From NCBI GenBank assembly GCA_036265675.1, contig DATAOP010000062.1:39560-103559 (forward strand): a stretch of DNA of 64,000 bases, read 5' to 3'. The stretch's first letter is position 1. Every line of letters begins with the position of its first letter. This DNA is from Solirubrobacterales bacterium (GTDB lineage: Bacteria > Actinomycetota > Thermoleophilia > Solirubrobacterales > 70-9). The notes under the pieces were generated by a model. The model had not been told where the DNA came from, did not search any database, and worked only from the letters and a program-made list of their open reading frames with translations. Below are positions 54,316-63,339 of this stretch, piece by piece. The position numbers were made by a program, and so were the translations under genes.

Positions 54316-54339
54316 GCCGCAAGATCCGTTGCGGCTTAT
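54316..54339 (+). terminator. Terminator-like hairpin closing the arg cluster
   Basis: GCCGCAA-GATCCG-TTGCGGC followed by TTAT. Confidence 0.45.
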
Positions 54340-54389
54340 CGTCGACCTGTGAGGGTTTGCTCACAGACTCCGTTACCCTCGCCGGTCGC

Positions 54390-55370
54390 GTGCGGCGAAT
54401 CTCTGCAATTTCCGTCCTCGTCCTTGTCGTGCTCGCCGGCGCCTCGGCCCGCGCGGCCGACATCGGCGGCCTCCAGGGCCGGGTCGAGAGCGCTCGCTCC
54501 GAGGCCGGCGCGCTCGCGGCGCAGATCCGCTCGACCCAGGAACAGCTTGCATCGGCGGAAGAGCGAGCCGACGCCGCCGCCGCCCGCGAGCGGCGGCTGA
54601 GCGCGCTGCTCGCGACCGGCCAGGAACGCGCCGCCCGCCTCGCCGCCAAGGTCGAGGCGACCCGCCGCCACCTCGCGCTCGCGCGAAAAAGGCTGCACCG
54701 CGCCCGCCGTGCCCTCGCCCAGCGGCTGGTCGCGATCTACATGAGCGGCCGGCCCGACGGCGCGAGCATGATCCTCGCCTCCTCGAATCTCGACGAGCTC
54801 GCCGCCCGGACCGAGTACATCGACCGGATCGAGTCCTCCGACAGCGCCCTCGCCCGCCGGGTCGAGGAAGTACGCGACGAGGTCAAGCACGGGCTCGAAC
54901 GGGTCGCGGCGCTGAAGGCCCGGGTCGACGCCTACAACGAGCGGCTCGCGGCGGCGCGCGAAGAAATCGCCGCGGTCCGGAGCCGGGCCGAGGCAAGCGC
55001 CGCGGAACTGGCCTCGCTGCGATCGGCACGCGAGTCCTCGCTGGCCGAGCTGAAGGACAAGATCGGCCAGTGGGTGAGCGAGATCGAGGCGGCCGAAGCG
55101 GCGAGCCGGGCCGCGGCCGAAGAAACGGTCGGCCGCTGGCTCGGCGGCCCGTACTCGATCCCGACCTACATCGTGATGTGCGAGTCGGGGGGCAACTACG
55201 GCGCGGTCAACCCCTCGAGCGGGGCCGGCGGCGCCTACCAGATCCTGCCCTCGACCTGGGCCCTCTACGGCGGCGAGGGCGCCCCGCAGGACGGCTCGAA
55301 GGAAGAACAGGACCGGATCGCGGCCGAAATCTGGGCCGACTCCGGCGGCAGCGCCTGGGCCTGCGCCTGA
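54390..55370 (+). CDS. Secreted coiled-coil protein with C-terminal Rpf-like transglycosylase domain
   Basis: Signal peptide VRRISAISVLVLVVLAGASARA, about 230 aa of coiled coil, then MCESGGNYGAVNPSSGAGGAYQILPSTWALYGG...AWAC. Confidence 0.8.
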   Translation: MRRISAISVLVLVVLAGASARAADIGGLQGRVESARSEAGALAAQIRSTQEQLASAEERADAAAARERRLSALLATGQERAARLAAKVEATRRHLALARKRLHRARRALAQRLVAIYMSGRPDGASMILASSNLDELAARTEYIDRIESSDSALARRVEEVRDEVKHGLERVAALKARVDAYNERLAAAREEIAAVRSRAEASAAELASLRSARESSLAELKDKIGQWVSEIEAAEAASRAAAEETVGRWLGGPYSIPTYIVMCESGGNYGAVNPSSGAGGAYQILPSTWALYGGEGAPQDGSKEEQDRIAAEIWADSGGSAWACA

Positions 55371-55410
55371 TCTTGGAACGGTCCGAGGCGGCCGCTACCT
55401 TGGCGCCAGC

Positions 55411-56202
55411 TTGGGGCGGCTGCGCCGACATCTCACCTACGCCAACGTGATGGCGACGATCGCGGTCGCGCTCGCGGTCGGCGGCGCCGGCGCCTACGCG
55501 GCGTCGAAGCTCGGCAAGAACGTCGTCAGGTCCCGCAACATCGCCCCGAACGCGGTGAAGACCTCCGACATCGCCAAGAACGCGGTGAAGCGCGGGAAGA
55601 TCGCCGGCGGCGCAATCGACGACTCCCGCCTCGCCAACGGCTCGGTCGGGACCAACAAGCTGGTCGGCGGAGCCGTCACCACCGGCAAGCTCGCCTCGGC
55701 ATCGGTCAGCGAAGGGATCCTCGCTCCCTCGGTGCAGACCAAGCTGAACGCGATCCAGGCGGGCGGCATCGTCCGCGTCGACGCCTCGAACGGGCTCGAA
55801 AGCGCCGCCCCGGCCTACAACCTGATCCAGCGCGGGCCGTTCACCGTCTACGCCAAATGCTTCACCGGCGGCGGGCTCCAGGCCAGGGTGTACGTGGCGA
55901 GCAGCGCCGCCGGCGCCCTGAAGGTCGGAGGCGGCGCCTACGACTACCCGGGCGGAAGCGCGAGCGGGTACCTCAACCCCAACACCCCGGAGAACAAACG
56001 GATCATCGGCCAGTCCGGCCTGGTGATCCCCAGTGGCGGCGGGACGCTGACGGCGGGCGCCAGCCTGATCTTCGGCGCGACCAACATCCAGGTCGTCGTC
56101 GCCGGCTTCGTCAAGGGCGCCGAAGTAGCAAGCGACGTCAACAACTACGGCGGCGGCGGCTCACGCTGCCTCTTCTCCTCCTACGTCATCAACGCGGGCT
56201 GA
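55411..56202 (+). CDS. Secreted/anchored protein, paralog of the 40676 gene
   Basis: MGRLRRHLTYANVMATIAVALAVGGAGAYAASKLGKNVV aligns with MGKHLKLRRPSHATVVAYLALLIALGGGAYAADQLSKNSV. It also has repeated NAVK/GAVT heptad-like units. TTG start. Confidence 0.65.
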   Translation: MGRLRRHLTYANVMATIAVALAVGGAGAYAASKLGKNVVRSRNIAPNAVKTSDIAKNAVKRGKIAGGAIDDSRLANGSVGTNKLVGGAVTTGKLASASVSEGILAPSVQTKLNAIQAGGIVRVDASNGLESAAPAYNLIQRGPFTVYAKCFTGGGLQARVYVASSAAGALKVGGGAYDYPGGSASGYLNPNTPENKRIIGQSGLVIPSGGGTLTAGASLIFGATNIQVVVAGFVKGAEVASDVNNYGGGGSRCLFSSYVINAG

Positions 56203-56292
56203 TCGGTCTCCCAAACTGGGGGATCTCCGCTCAGACCGCGCGTATTTCGTGACCTTGGCATCTGCCTCGATTGGCATCATCGGCGGCGATCG

Positions 56293-59200
56293 ATGAGCAA
56301 CGCCTCGGCCGTCCATCTCCATGCCCACAGCGAGTACTCGCTGCTCGACGGCGCCTGCAAGATCGACGCGATGGCGGCCCGGGCGGCCGAACTCGGACAG
56401 CCCGCCCTCGGACTCACCGACCACGGCGTGATGAACGGCGCGGTCGACCTCTACAAGGCCTGCGGCAAGCACGGGATCAAGCCGATCATCGGCCTCGAGG
56501 CCTACTTCGTCGACGACCGCAAGGCGGTCAAGGAGCAGGTGCGGTACGAGCGCAACCACCTGACCCTGCTGGCCGCCAGCGACGCCGGCTTCGCCAACCT
56601 CGTCCAGCTCACCTCGGCCGGCTTCCTCGAGGGGTTTTCGCGCGGCAAGGCAAACGTCGACATGGAGCTGCTGGCCAAGCACGCCGAGGGGGTGATCGTC
56701 CTCACCGGCTGCCTGCAATCGCGATTCTGCCGCCGTCTGGTCGAGGAGCGGCGCGACGACGCGCGCGCCCACGTCGATGACCTGATCCAGGCGTTCGGCC
56801 CCGACCAGGTCTACTTCGAGGTCCAGAAGAACGGGATCGAGGAGCAGGAGCGGGCCAACCGCGGCATCGTCGAGATCGCCCGCGAGGTCGGCCGGCCGCT
56901 GGTCGGCACCGCCGACGTCCACTACCTGCGGCGCGAGGACTTCGACAACCACGCGGCGCTCCTCTGCGTGCAGACGAAATCGACCCTTGAGGCGCCGAAG
57001 CTGAGCTTCGATACCAACGAGTTCTTCCTCAAGAGCAACGGAGAGATGGCGACGTCGTTCTCGGAGTGGCCGGAGGCGATCCCGAGCACGGTCGAGATCG
57101 CCGAGCGCTGCAACGTCGAGATCGAGCTCGGCAAGCTGCTGCTGCCGCGCTACCCGACCCCCGACGGCTCCGACCCGGAGCGGATGCTGCGCGAGATCGC
57201 CACCGAGGGGCTGCGGGCGCGCTACGGCGACCCGGTCCCGGCCGAGGCCGCCGAGCGGCTCGAGTTCGAGCTCGGGGTGATCGAGGAGATGGGCTTCTCC
57301 TCCTACTTCCTGATCGTCTGGGACTTCGTCCGCTACGCCAAGGAGAGCGGGATCGCGGTCGGGCCGGGGCGCGGCTCGGCGGCCGGCTCGATCGTCTCCT
57401 ACGCGCTCAACATCACCGACGTCGACCCACTTGCCAACGACCTCCTGTTCGAGCGCTTCCTCAACCCCGGCCGCAAATCGATGCCAGATATCGACATCGA
57501 CTTCTCGGTCCGCGGTCGCGAGCGGATGATCCGCTATGTCGGCGACAAATACGGGCGCGAATCGGTCGCCCAGATCATCACCTTCGGCAAGATGGCGCCG
57601 CGGGCCGCGACCCGCGACGCCGCCCGGGTCCTCGGCTACGACTACGCGACCGGCGACCGCCTCGCGAAGCTGATCCCGGAGCCGATCATGGGCCGCAGCC
57701 CGTCGTTCGCCGAGTGCCTGAAGCCGGGCCAGGACCTGAAACAGACCTATGACGCGGAGCCCGACGCGAGGCGGATCGTCGACGTCGCCCAGGGGCTAGA
57801 GGGGATCGTCCGCAACAACTCGATCCACGCCGCCGCGGTCGTGATCGCCGACCGGCCGCTGCACGAGATCGTCCCGCTCCAGCTCGCCGAGGACCGCAGC
57901 GCCGGCGCCGGGAACGGGAACGGCACCAACGGCGGCGGCAAGGCCGAGCGCCAGTACAAGATCGTGACCCAGTACTCGATGGGGCCGATCGAGGAGATCG
58001 GGCTGCTGAAGATGGACTTCCTCGGCCTCCGCAACCTCGACGTGATCGAGGACGCGATCGAGATCATCGAGCGCTCGCGCGGGGAGCGGATCGACATCGA
58101 GGCGATCCCGATCGACGACCCGAAGACCTACGAGATGCTGGCCAGCGGCGACTCGACCGGAGTCTTCCAGTTCGAGTCCGACGGGATGCGCGACGCGCTG
58201 CGCAGGGTGAAGCCGACCGAGTTCGCCGACGTCGTCGCCCTCGGCGCCCTCTACCGACCCGGCGCGATGGCCTACATCCCCGCCTACGCGAAGGGCAAGC
58301 AGGACCCCTCATCGGTCCGCTATCCAGACCCGCGGCTGCGGGCGATCACCGAGGAGACCCACGGCTGCGTCATCTACCAGGAGCAGCTGATGGAGATCGC
58401 CCGCTCGATGGCCGGCTTCTCGGGCGCCGAGGCGGACGACCTGCGCAAGGCGATCGGCAAGAAGAAGCGCGACCTGATGGCGACGATGAAGGACAAGTTC
58501 ATGCAGGGGATGGAGGCGTCGGGGACCTCGCCGGCCGTCGCCAGGGACCTCTGGAAGCTGAACGAAGCCGCCGCCGACTACTCGTTCAACAAGTCCCACG
58601 CCGCCTGCTACGCGCTGATCTCCTACCGGACCGCGTACCTCAAGGCCAACTACCCGGCCGAGTACATGGCGGCGGTGATCTCCTCGGTGATGAACACCAA
58701 AGACAAGGTGCCGTTCTTCGTCAACCGCTGCGAGGAGATGGGGATCGACGTCCTGCCGCCGGACGTCAACTCCTCCGACCACAGCTTCGTCGTCAGCGAG
58801 AACGCGATCCGGTTCGGCCTCGACGCGGTCAAGAACGTCGGCCACTCGGCTGTCGAGGCGATCCTCCGCGCCCGCGAGGAGGCGCCGATCGCCTCGATCT
58901 GGGACTTCTGCGAGCGGGTCGACGCGCGCGCGGTCAACAAACGCGCGATCGAATGCCTGATCAAGTGCGGCGCCCTCGACTCGACCGGGGCGACCCGGCG
59001 CGGGATGCTCGAGGCGCTGCCGGCGGCCCAGTCGGCGGGGCAGAAGGCGCAAGAGGACGCGCAGCTCGGCCAGGGCTCGATCTTCGACTTCGCCGAGCCG
59101 GCGGCGGGCGATGAGGCGAAGGCCGCGGGCCACCAGCACCGGCCGCCGATCTCGGCCGCCGAGTTCGATCGCGCCGCGCTGCTCGCGTTCGAGAAGGAGA

Positions 59201-59826
59201 CGCTCGGGACCTACCTCTCCTCGCACCCGCTCTCCGAGGTCCGCGAGGCGCTGCGGGCGAGGGTCGACTGCCCGATCGCCGAGCTCGCCCGCAAGCCCGA
59301 CGGCGCCTGGGTCACGGTCGGCGGGATCGTCACCGAGACGAAGAAGATCCGGACCAAGAGCGGCACCCAGATGATGTTCGCGACGCTCGACGACGTCGAG
59401 GGCCAGATCGAGATGCTGGTGTTCAAGGCCGACCAGTCCGAGAGCGCCGAGGTGATCGCGCCCGACGCGGTCGTCGTCGTTCGCGGCCGGATCGACCACA
59501 AAGACCGCGGCGAGACCAAGCTGGTCGTCCAGGAGGCCGAGCGCTTCGAGCCCGACCAGCAGGAGATCGCCGCCGCCTCGGCTCCGGCCGGGCCGCTGCG
59601 GCTGACGATCGACGCCGCGACGCTGCAGGGCCGGCCCGGCATCGTCGACGAGCTGAAGGAGGTCCTCGTCCACCACAAGGGCAGGGCCGACGTCCTGCTC
59701 GCAATCGACGGCGGCGAGGGCGGGCCGATGGAGCTGCGGCTCGGCGACGGCTACCGGGTCCGGCTCTCGAACGGCCTCCGGGCCGAGCTCGACCACGTCC
59801 TCGGCCCCGACGCTCTGGCCGCCTGA
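56293..59826 (+). CDS. dnaE: DNA polymerase III alpha subunit
   Basis: PHP domain HLHAHSEYSLLDGA, then GPGRGSAAGS, DIDIDF, KMDFLGLRNL and an OB fold; 1177 aa. Confidence 0.95.
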   Translation: MSNASAVHLHAHSEYSLLDGACKIDAMAARAAELGQPALGLTDHGVMNGAVDLYKACGKHGIKPIIGLEAYFVDDRKAVKEQVRYERNHLTLLAASDAGFANLVQLTSAGFLEGFSRGKANVDMELLAKHAEGVIVLTGCLQSRFCRRLVEERRDDARAHVDDLIQAFGPDQVYFEVQKNGIEEQERANRGIVEIAREVGRPLVGTADVHYLRREDFDNHAALLCVQTKSTLEAPKLSFDTNEFFLKSNGEMATSFSEWPEAIPSTVEIAERCNVEIELGKLLLPRYPTPDGSDPERMLREIATEGLRARYGDPVPAEAAERLEFELGVIEEMGFSSYFLIVWDFVRYAKESGIAVGPGRGSAAGSIVSYALNITDVDPLANDLLFERFLNPGRKSMPDIDIDFSVRGRERMIRYVGDKYGRESVAQIITFGKMAPRAATRDAARVLGYDYATGDRLAKLIPEPIMGRSPSFAECLKPGQDLKQTYDAEPDARRIVDVAQGLEGIVRNNSIHAAAVVIADRPLHEIVPLQLAEDRSAGAGNGNGTNGGGKAERQYKIVTQYSMGPIEEIGLLKMDFLGLRNLDVIEDAIEIIERSRGERIDIEAIPIDDPKTYEMLASGDSTGVFQFESDGMRDALRRVKPTEFADVVALGALYRPGAMAYIPAYAKGKQDPSSVRYPDPRLRAITEETHGCVIYQEQLMEIARSMAGFSGAEADDLRKAIGKKKRDLMATMKDKFMQGMEASGTSPAVARDLWKLNEAAADYSFNKSHAACYALISYRTAYLKANYPAEYMAAVISSVMNTKDKVPFFVNRCEEMGIDVLPPDVNSSDHSFVVSENAIRFGLDAVKNVGHSAVEAILRAREEAPIASIWDFCERVDARAVNKRAIECLIKCGALDSTGATRRGMLEALPAAQSAGQKAQEDAQLGQGSIFDFAEPAAGDEAKAAGHQHRPPISAAEFDRAALLAFEKETLGTYLSSHPLSEVREALRARVDCPIAELARKPDGAWVTVGGIVTETKKIRTKSGTQMMFATLDDVEGQIEMLVFKADQSESAEVIAPDAVVVVRGRIDHKDRGETKLVVQEAERFEPDQQEIAAASAPAGPLRLTIDAATLQGRPGIVDELKEVLVHHKGRADVLLAIDGGEGGPMELRLGDGYRVRLSNGLRAELDHVLGPDALAA

Positions 59827-59850
59827 GCCGGCGCTCCCTAGACTTCTTCC

Positions 59851-60225
59851 ATGCCGGCCATACGCGAGAAGACGGGCGAGTGCCGCCAGTGTCGCGCCTT
59901 CTGCGACAAGATGATCGAGCCGCGCGGCTGCGTCGAGCTCGGCTGCCGGTACCTCTACAGCTTCGTCGACGCCCTCACCGGCACCCAGTACGTCGGCTGC
60001 ATGCAGGAGGTCTTCGGGGCGAAGGTCGAGCTCGACGCCGTCCTCCAGCCCGGCGGCTTCGGCGGCGTCAAGATGACCGGCGACGGCCTGCCGCACTGCC
60101 AGTTCTCGGTCGAGCGGGCCTACGAGGGTGACGGCCCCAGCTACGACTGCGTCAACCGGCGCTTCTTCGATTGCTCCGACGAGGGCCAGGAGGGCCTGCG
60201 GGCCTTCGACCTGCGCGACGTCTGA
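59851..60225 (+). CDS. Cysteine-rich hypothetical protein
   Basis: 124 aa with 9 Cys, including CRQCRAFC; ATG 24 nt after the dnaE stop. No recognised family. Confidence 0.55.
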   Translation: MPAIREKTGECRQCRAFCDKMIEPRGCVELGCRYLYSFVDALTGTQYVGCMQEVFGAKVELDAVLQPGGFGGVKMTGDGLPHCQFSVERAYEGDGPSYDCVNRRFFDCSDEGQEGLRAFDLRDV

Positions 60226-60312
60226 GCGCTTTCGGGATTACACGATTCCGTGTACCATCCCGCGACCCCTCAGGGCGGGCAGGGCCCGGGCCCTCGGACG
60301 GGCAGGAAACCA

Positions 60313-61602
60313 ATGAGTGAGCGAGGCGCAGTGGCAGAGGCGGAAGAGCTCGTCGCGGAGGCGGCCGGCGGCGGCGGGAGCACCGACGGTCCGGCGTTCA
60401 CGCTCGAGCTGAACCAGGACCAGAAGGACATCCGCGACTGGGTCCACGGCTTCGCCGAGAACGTCGTGCGGCCGGCGGCCTCGGAGTGGGACGAGCGCGA
60501 GGAAACGCCCTGGCCGGTGATCCAGGAGGCGGCCAAGATCGGCCTCTACGGATTCGAAGGCCTGGCTCAGTTCTGGGCCGACGAGACAGGCCTGACGCTG
60601 CCGATCGTCAACGAGGAGCTGTTCTGGGGCGACGCCGGCATCGGGATGAGCATCTTCGGCACTTCGCTTGCCGTCGCCGCGATCTTCGGGCAGGGGACCC
60701 CGGAGCAGTTGGGCGAGTGGATCCCGCAGTGCTTCGGCACCGCGGAGGAGCCGAAGGTCGCCGCCTTCTGCTCCTCGGAGCCGGACGCCGGCTCCGACGT
60801 CTCGGCGATCCGCACCACCGCGAAGTACGACGAGGCGAAGGACGAGTGGGTCCTGAACGGCCAAAAGGCGTGGGCGACCAACGGCGGGATCGCCGACGTC
60901 CACGTAATCATCGCCAGCGTCGACCGCAAGCTCGGCTCGCGTGGCCACGCCGCCTTCGTCGTGCCGCCGGGGACCGCGGGGTGCGAGCAGGGCGCCAAGG
61001 TCAAGAAGCACGGCCTGCGCGCATCCCACACCGCCGATGTCCACCTCGACGATTGCCGGGTTCCGGGCTCCTGCCTGCTGGGCGGGAAGGAGAAGCTCGA
61101 TGAGCGGCTCGCCCGGGTGCGCGAGGGCAAGAAGTCGAAATCTCAGGCGGCGATGCAGACCTTCGAGGCGAGCCGGCCGACGGTCGGCGCCCAGGCGGTC
61201 GGCATCGCCCGCGCGGCCTACGAGTACTCGCTCGAGTACGCGAAGGAGCGCGAGCAGTTCGGCCGCCCGATCGTCGAGAACCAGGCGATCGCATTCGCAC
61301 TCGCCGACATGAAGCTCGAGATCGACGCCGCCCGGCTGCTGGTCTGGCGCGGCGCCTGGATGGGGAGATCCGGCCAGACCTTCGAGAACGCCGAGGGCTC
61401 GATGGCGAAGCTGAAGGCCGGCGAGGTCGCGGTCTGGGTCACCGAGCGCGCGATCCAGATCCTCGGCGGCAACGGCTACACCCGCGAGTTCCCGGTCGAG
61501 CGCATGTCCCGCGACGCAAAGATCTACACGATCTTCGAGGGCACCTCCGAGATCCAGCGCCTGGTCATCTCGCGCGCGATCTCCGGCATGCAGATCAGAT
61601 AG
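60313..61602 (+). CDS. Acyl-CoA dehydrogenase
   Basis: CSSEPDAGSDVSAIRTTA...NGQKAWATNGG...GGNGYTREFPVERMSRDAKIYTIFEGTSEIQR. ATG 60313 follows AGGAAA. Confidence 0.9.
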   Translation: MSERGAVAEAEELVAEAAGGGGSTDGPAFTLELNQDQKDIRDWVHGFAENVVRPAASEWDEREETPWPVIQEAAKIGLYGFEGLAQFWADETGLTLPIVNEELFWGDAGIGMSIFGTSLAVAAIFGQGTPEQLGEWIPQCFGTAEEPKVAAFCSSEPDAGSDVSAIRTTAKYDEAKDEWVLNGQKAWATNGGIADVHVIIASVDRKLGSRGHAAFVVPPGTAGCEQGAKVKKHGLRASHTADVHLDDCRVPGSCLLGGKEKLDERLARVREGKKSKSQAAMQTFEASRPTVGAQAVGIARAAYEYSLEYAKEREQFGRPIVENQAIAFALADMKLEIDAARLLVWRGAWMGRSGQTFENAEGSMAKLKAGEVAVWVTERAIQILGGNGYTREFPVERMSRDAKIYTIFEGTSEIQRLVISRAISGMQIR

Positions 61603-61624
61603 CTGCTCCCGGCCTTCGCAAGAC

Positions 61625-61894
61625 TTAGACGTTCGCTACTACCTCGCGGACCTCAACGCTTTCGAGCGTGACGTTGTCGTCAGCGTCGGCCATCGCCGCC
61701 GCTCGCTCGCGCGCCGCGTTGGCGGCATCCTCGGACTCGAAGACAATCATCCCGATCCCCGAGTCATCCTTACGTGTCCAGTGTCCGGTTACGAGGCCGG
61801 GGGCCTGTTTCACGACGGGCACAACCTCCTCACGCAGTTTGCTGATGGCGGCCTCGGGGTCATGGATGGTGACCATCAAGACGACTGCATGCAT
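61625..61894 (-). CDS. Small hypothetical protein (ABM/dimeric alpha-beta-barrel-like)
   Basis: 89 aa, ATG after GAAGGAGGA. The pattern ...MIVFESEDAANAA... resembles ABM-type folds (weak evidence). Confidence 0.55.
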   Translation of the reverse strand: MHAVVLMVTIHDPEAAISKLREEVVPVVKQAPGLVTGHWTRKDDSGIGMIVFESEDAANAARERAAAMADADDNVTLESVEVREVVANV

Positions 61895-62036
61895 CGGGTC
61901 CTCCTTCGTCGGGTTGCACGACTCTATCCGCCAGCTAGGGAGCCGAAGCCAGGGGAGCCGTGGCGCAGACCTGGCGGGCGACTGCGAGCGCCGAGAGGCG
62001 CTGACTGGCGAACCGATTGCCGGACAGATCCTTGCG

Positions 62037-62074
62037 GTGGGAGAAACCCGCCCTCAAGGCGGGGCTTCTCCCAC
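62037..62074. other. Long hairpin GTGGGAGAA-A-CCCGCC-CTCAA-GGCGGG-GC-TTCTCCCAC
   Basis: 15 paired positions inside the 232-nt gap downstream of nfo; no U-tract on either strand. Confidence 0.5.
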
Positions 62075-62126
62075 CGGAGCGCCCGGGCCGCCGGTTCTTC
62101 ACACCGGAAGCATCCACCGGACGGTG

Positions 62127-62990
62127 TCAGCCGCCCCGTTTCTTCAAGCCGGATTTGCGCAGGCGCCTGGCGGCCAGGACTTCCTTGCGGTCGGGGCCTT
62201 TCTTGCGCGGGCCCGGCGTCTCGAGCGTCGCCGGCAGGCCCTCGAACCGCGGCTCGGAGAGGAATGCGGCGAGCCCGGCCTTGCCCATCTCGCCCTTGCC
62301 GATGTTGGCGTGGCGGTCGCGGCAGGAGCCGAGCGGCGCCGCGGCGTCGTTGACGTGGAGGCAGCGCAGGCGGTCGAGCCCGACCTTGGCGTCCGCCTCG
62401 TCGACGACTGCGGATAGGTGCTCGGAGTCGGTGACGTCGAAGCCCTGGACGAAGAGGTGGCAGGAGTCGAGGCAGAGGCCGAGCCGCCTGGCGCCACCCG
62501 CAAGCTCGATCAGCTTCGCGGTCTCGTCGAAGTCGCGGCCGAGAAGCCCTTTGTGGCCGGCCGTCTGCTCGAGCAGCAGCGGGCAGCTCTCGCTGTCCTC
62601 GAGGGCGGCGGCGATCACCTTCGCGGCTCGTTTCATCGACGGCCCGTGGGGCTCGCCTTTCTGGGCGCCAGGATGGAGCACGACGCCGTCCGCCCCGATC
62701 CCGTCACCCGTCCGCAGCGCATGCGTGAGGGAGGTGAGCGATTTCTTTCGCAGCTCTTTGTCTTTCGTCGCGCAGTTGATCAGGTAGACGGCGTGGATCA
62801 CGACGGCTTCGATCGGGGACGCGTCCATCGCCTCGCGGAAGGCGGCGAAATCGTCCGGCCCGTAGCGGGTCGGACGCCACATTCGCGGGCTCTGGTTGAA
62901 GATCTGAATCGATTGGCAGGCGAGATCGGTCCCGCGCTCGATCGCGTTGGGAAGGCCGCCGGCCGTCGAAACGTGGGCTCCGATCAGCAT
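62127..62990 (-). CDS. nfo: Endonuclease IV (deoxyribonuclease IV)
   Basis: MLIGAHVSTAGG...VIHAVYLINCA...VVLHPG...LCLDSCHLF...LHVND are AP endonuclease 2 metal-ligand motifs, with a basic C-tail. Confidence 0.9.
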   Translation of the reverse strand: MLIGAHVSTAGGLPNAIERGTDLACQSIQIFNQSPRMWRPTRYGPDDFAAFREAMDASPIEAVVIHAVYLINCATKDKELRKKSLTSLTHALRTGDGIGADGVVLHPGAQKGEPHGPSMKRAAKVIAAALEDSESCPLLLEQTAGHKGLLGRDFDETAKLIELAGGARRLGLCLDSCHLFVQGFDVTDSEHLSAVVDEADAKVGLDRLRCLHVNDAAAPLGSCRDRHANIGKGEMGKAGLAAFLSEPRFEGLPATLETPGPRKKGPDRKEVLAARRLRKSGLKKRGG

Positions 62991-63015
62991 CGGCGTGCAC
63001 TCTAAGCTCAGAGGC

Positions 63016-63339
63016 GTGGCGGGGCCTCGCGTCGAGTTCCTCTGGTGGAGCGGCTGCCCCTCGTGGGAGCGGGGGCTCGCCGAGCTGCGCGGGGCGATGG
63101 AGGAGGCCGGGCTCGATCCCGCCTCGATCGAGATGCGTCAGATCGAGACCGAGGACGATGCGGCGCGGGAGTCGTTCCCCGGCTCGCCGACGATCCGGGT
63201 CGACGGCGCCGACGTCGCCGAGGCGGCGCCGTCGGCCGACTCGCCGCTGACCTGCCGCGTCTACCGCCGCCGCGACGGGCGCCCCTCGCCGCTTCCCGAC
63301 CCCGAGGACGTTCGCGCGGCGCTAGGTTCCCCGGAATGA
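63016..63339 (+). CDS. Thioredoxin-fold small protein (DUF2703-like)
   Basis: VEFLWWSGCPSWERG...FPGSPTIRVDGADV...LTCRVY. GTG 63016. The present C-terminus and stop lie inside junction repeat R7. Confidence 0.7.
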   Translation: MAGPRVEFLWWSGCPSWERGLAELRGAMEEAGLDPASIEMRQIETEDDAARESFPGSPTIRVDGADVAEAAPSADSPLTCRVYRRRDGRPSPLPDPEDVRAALGSPE

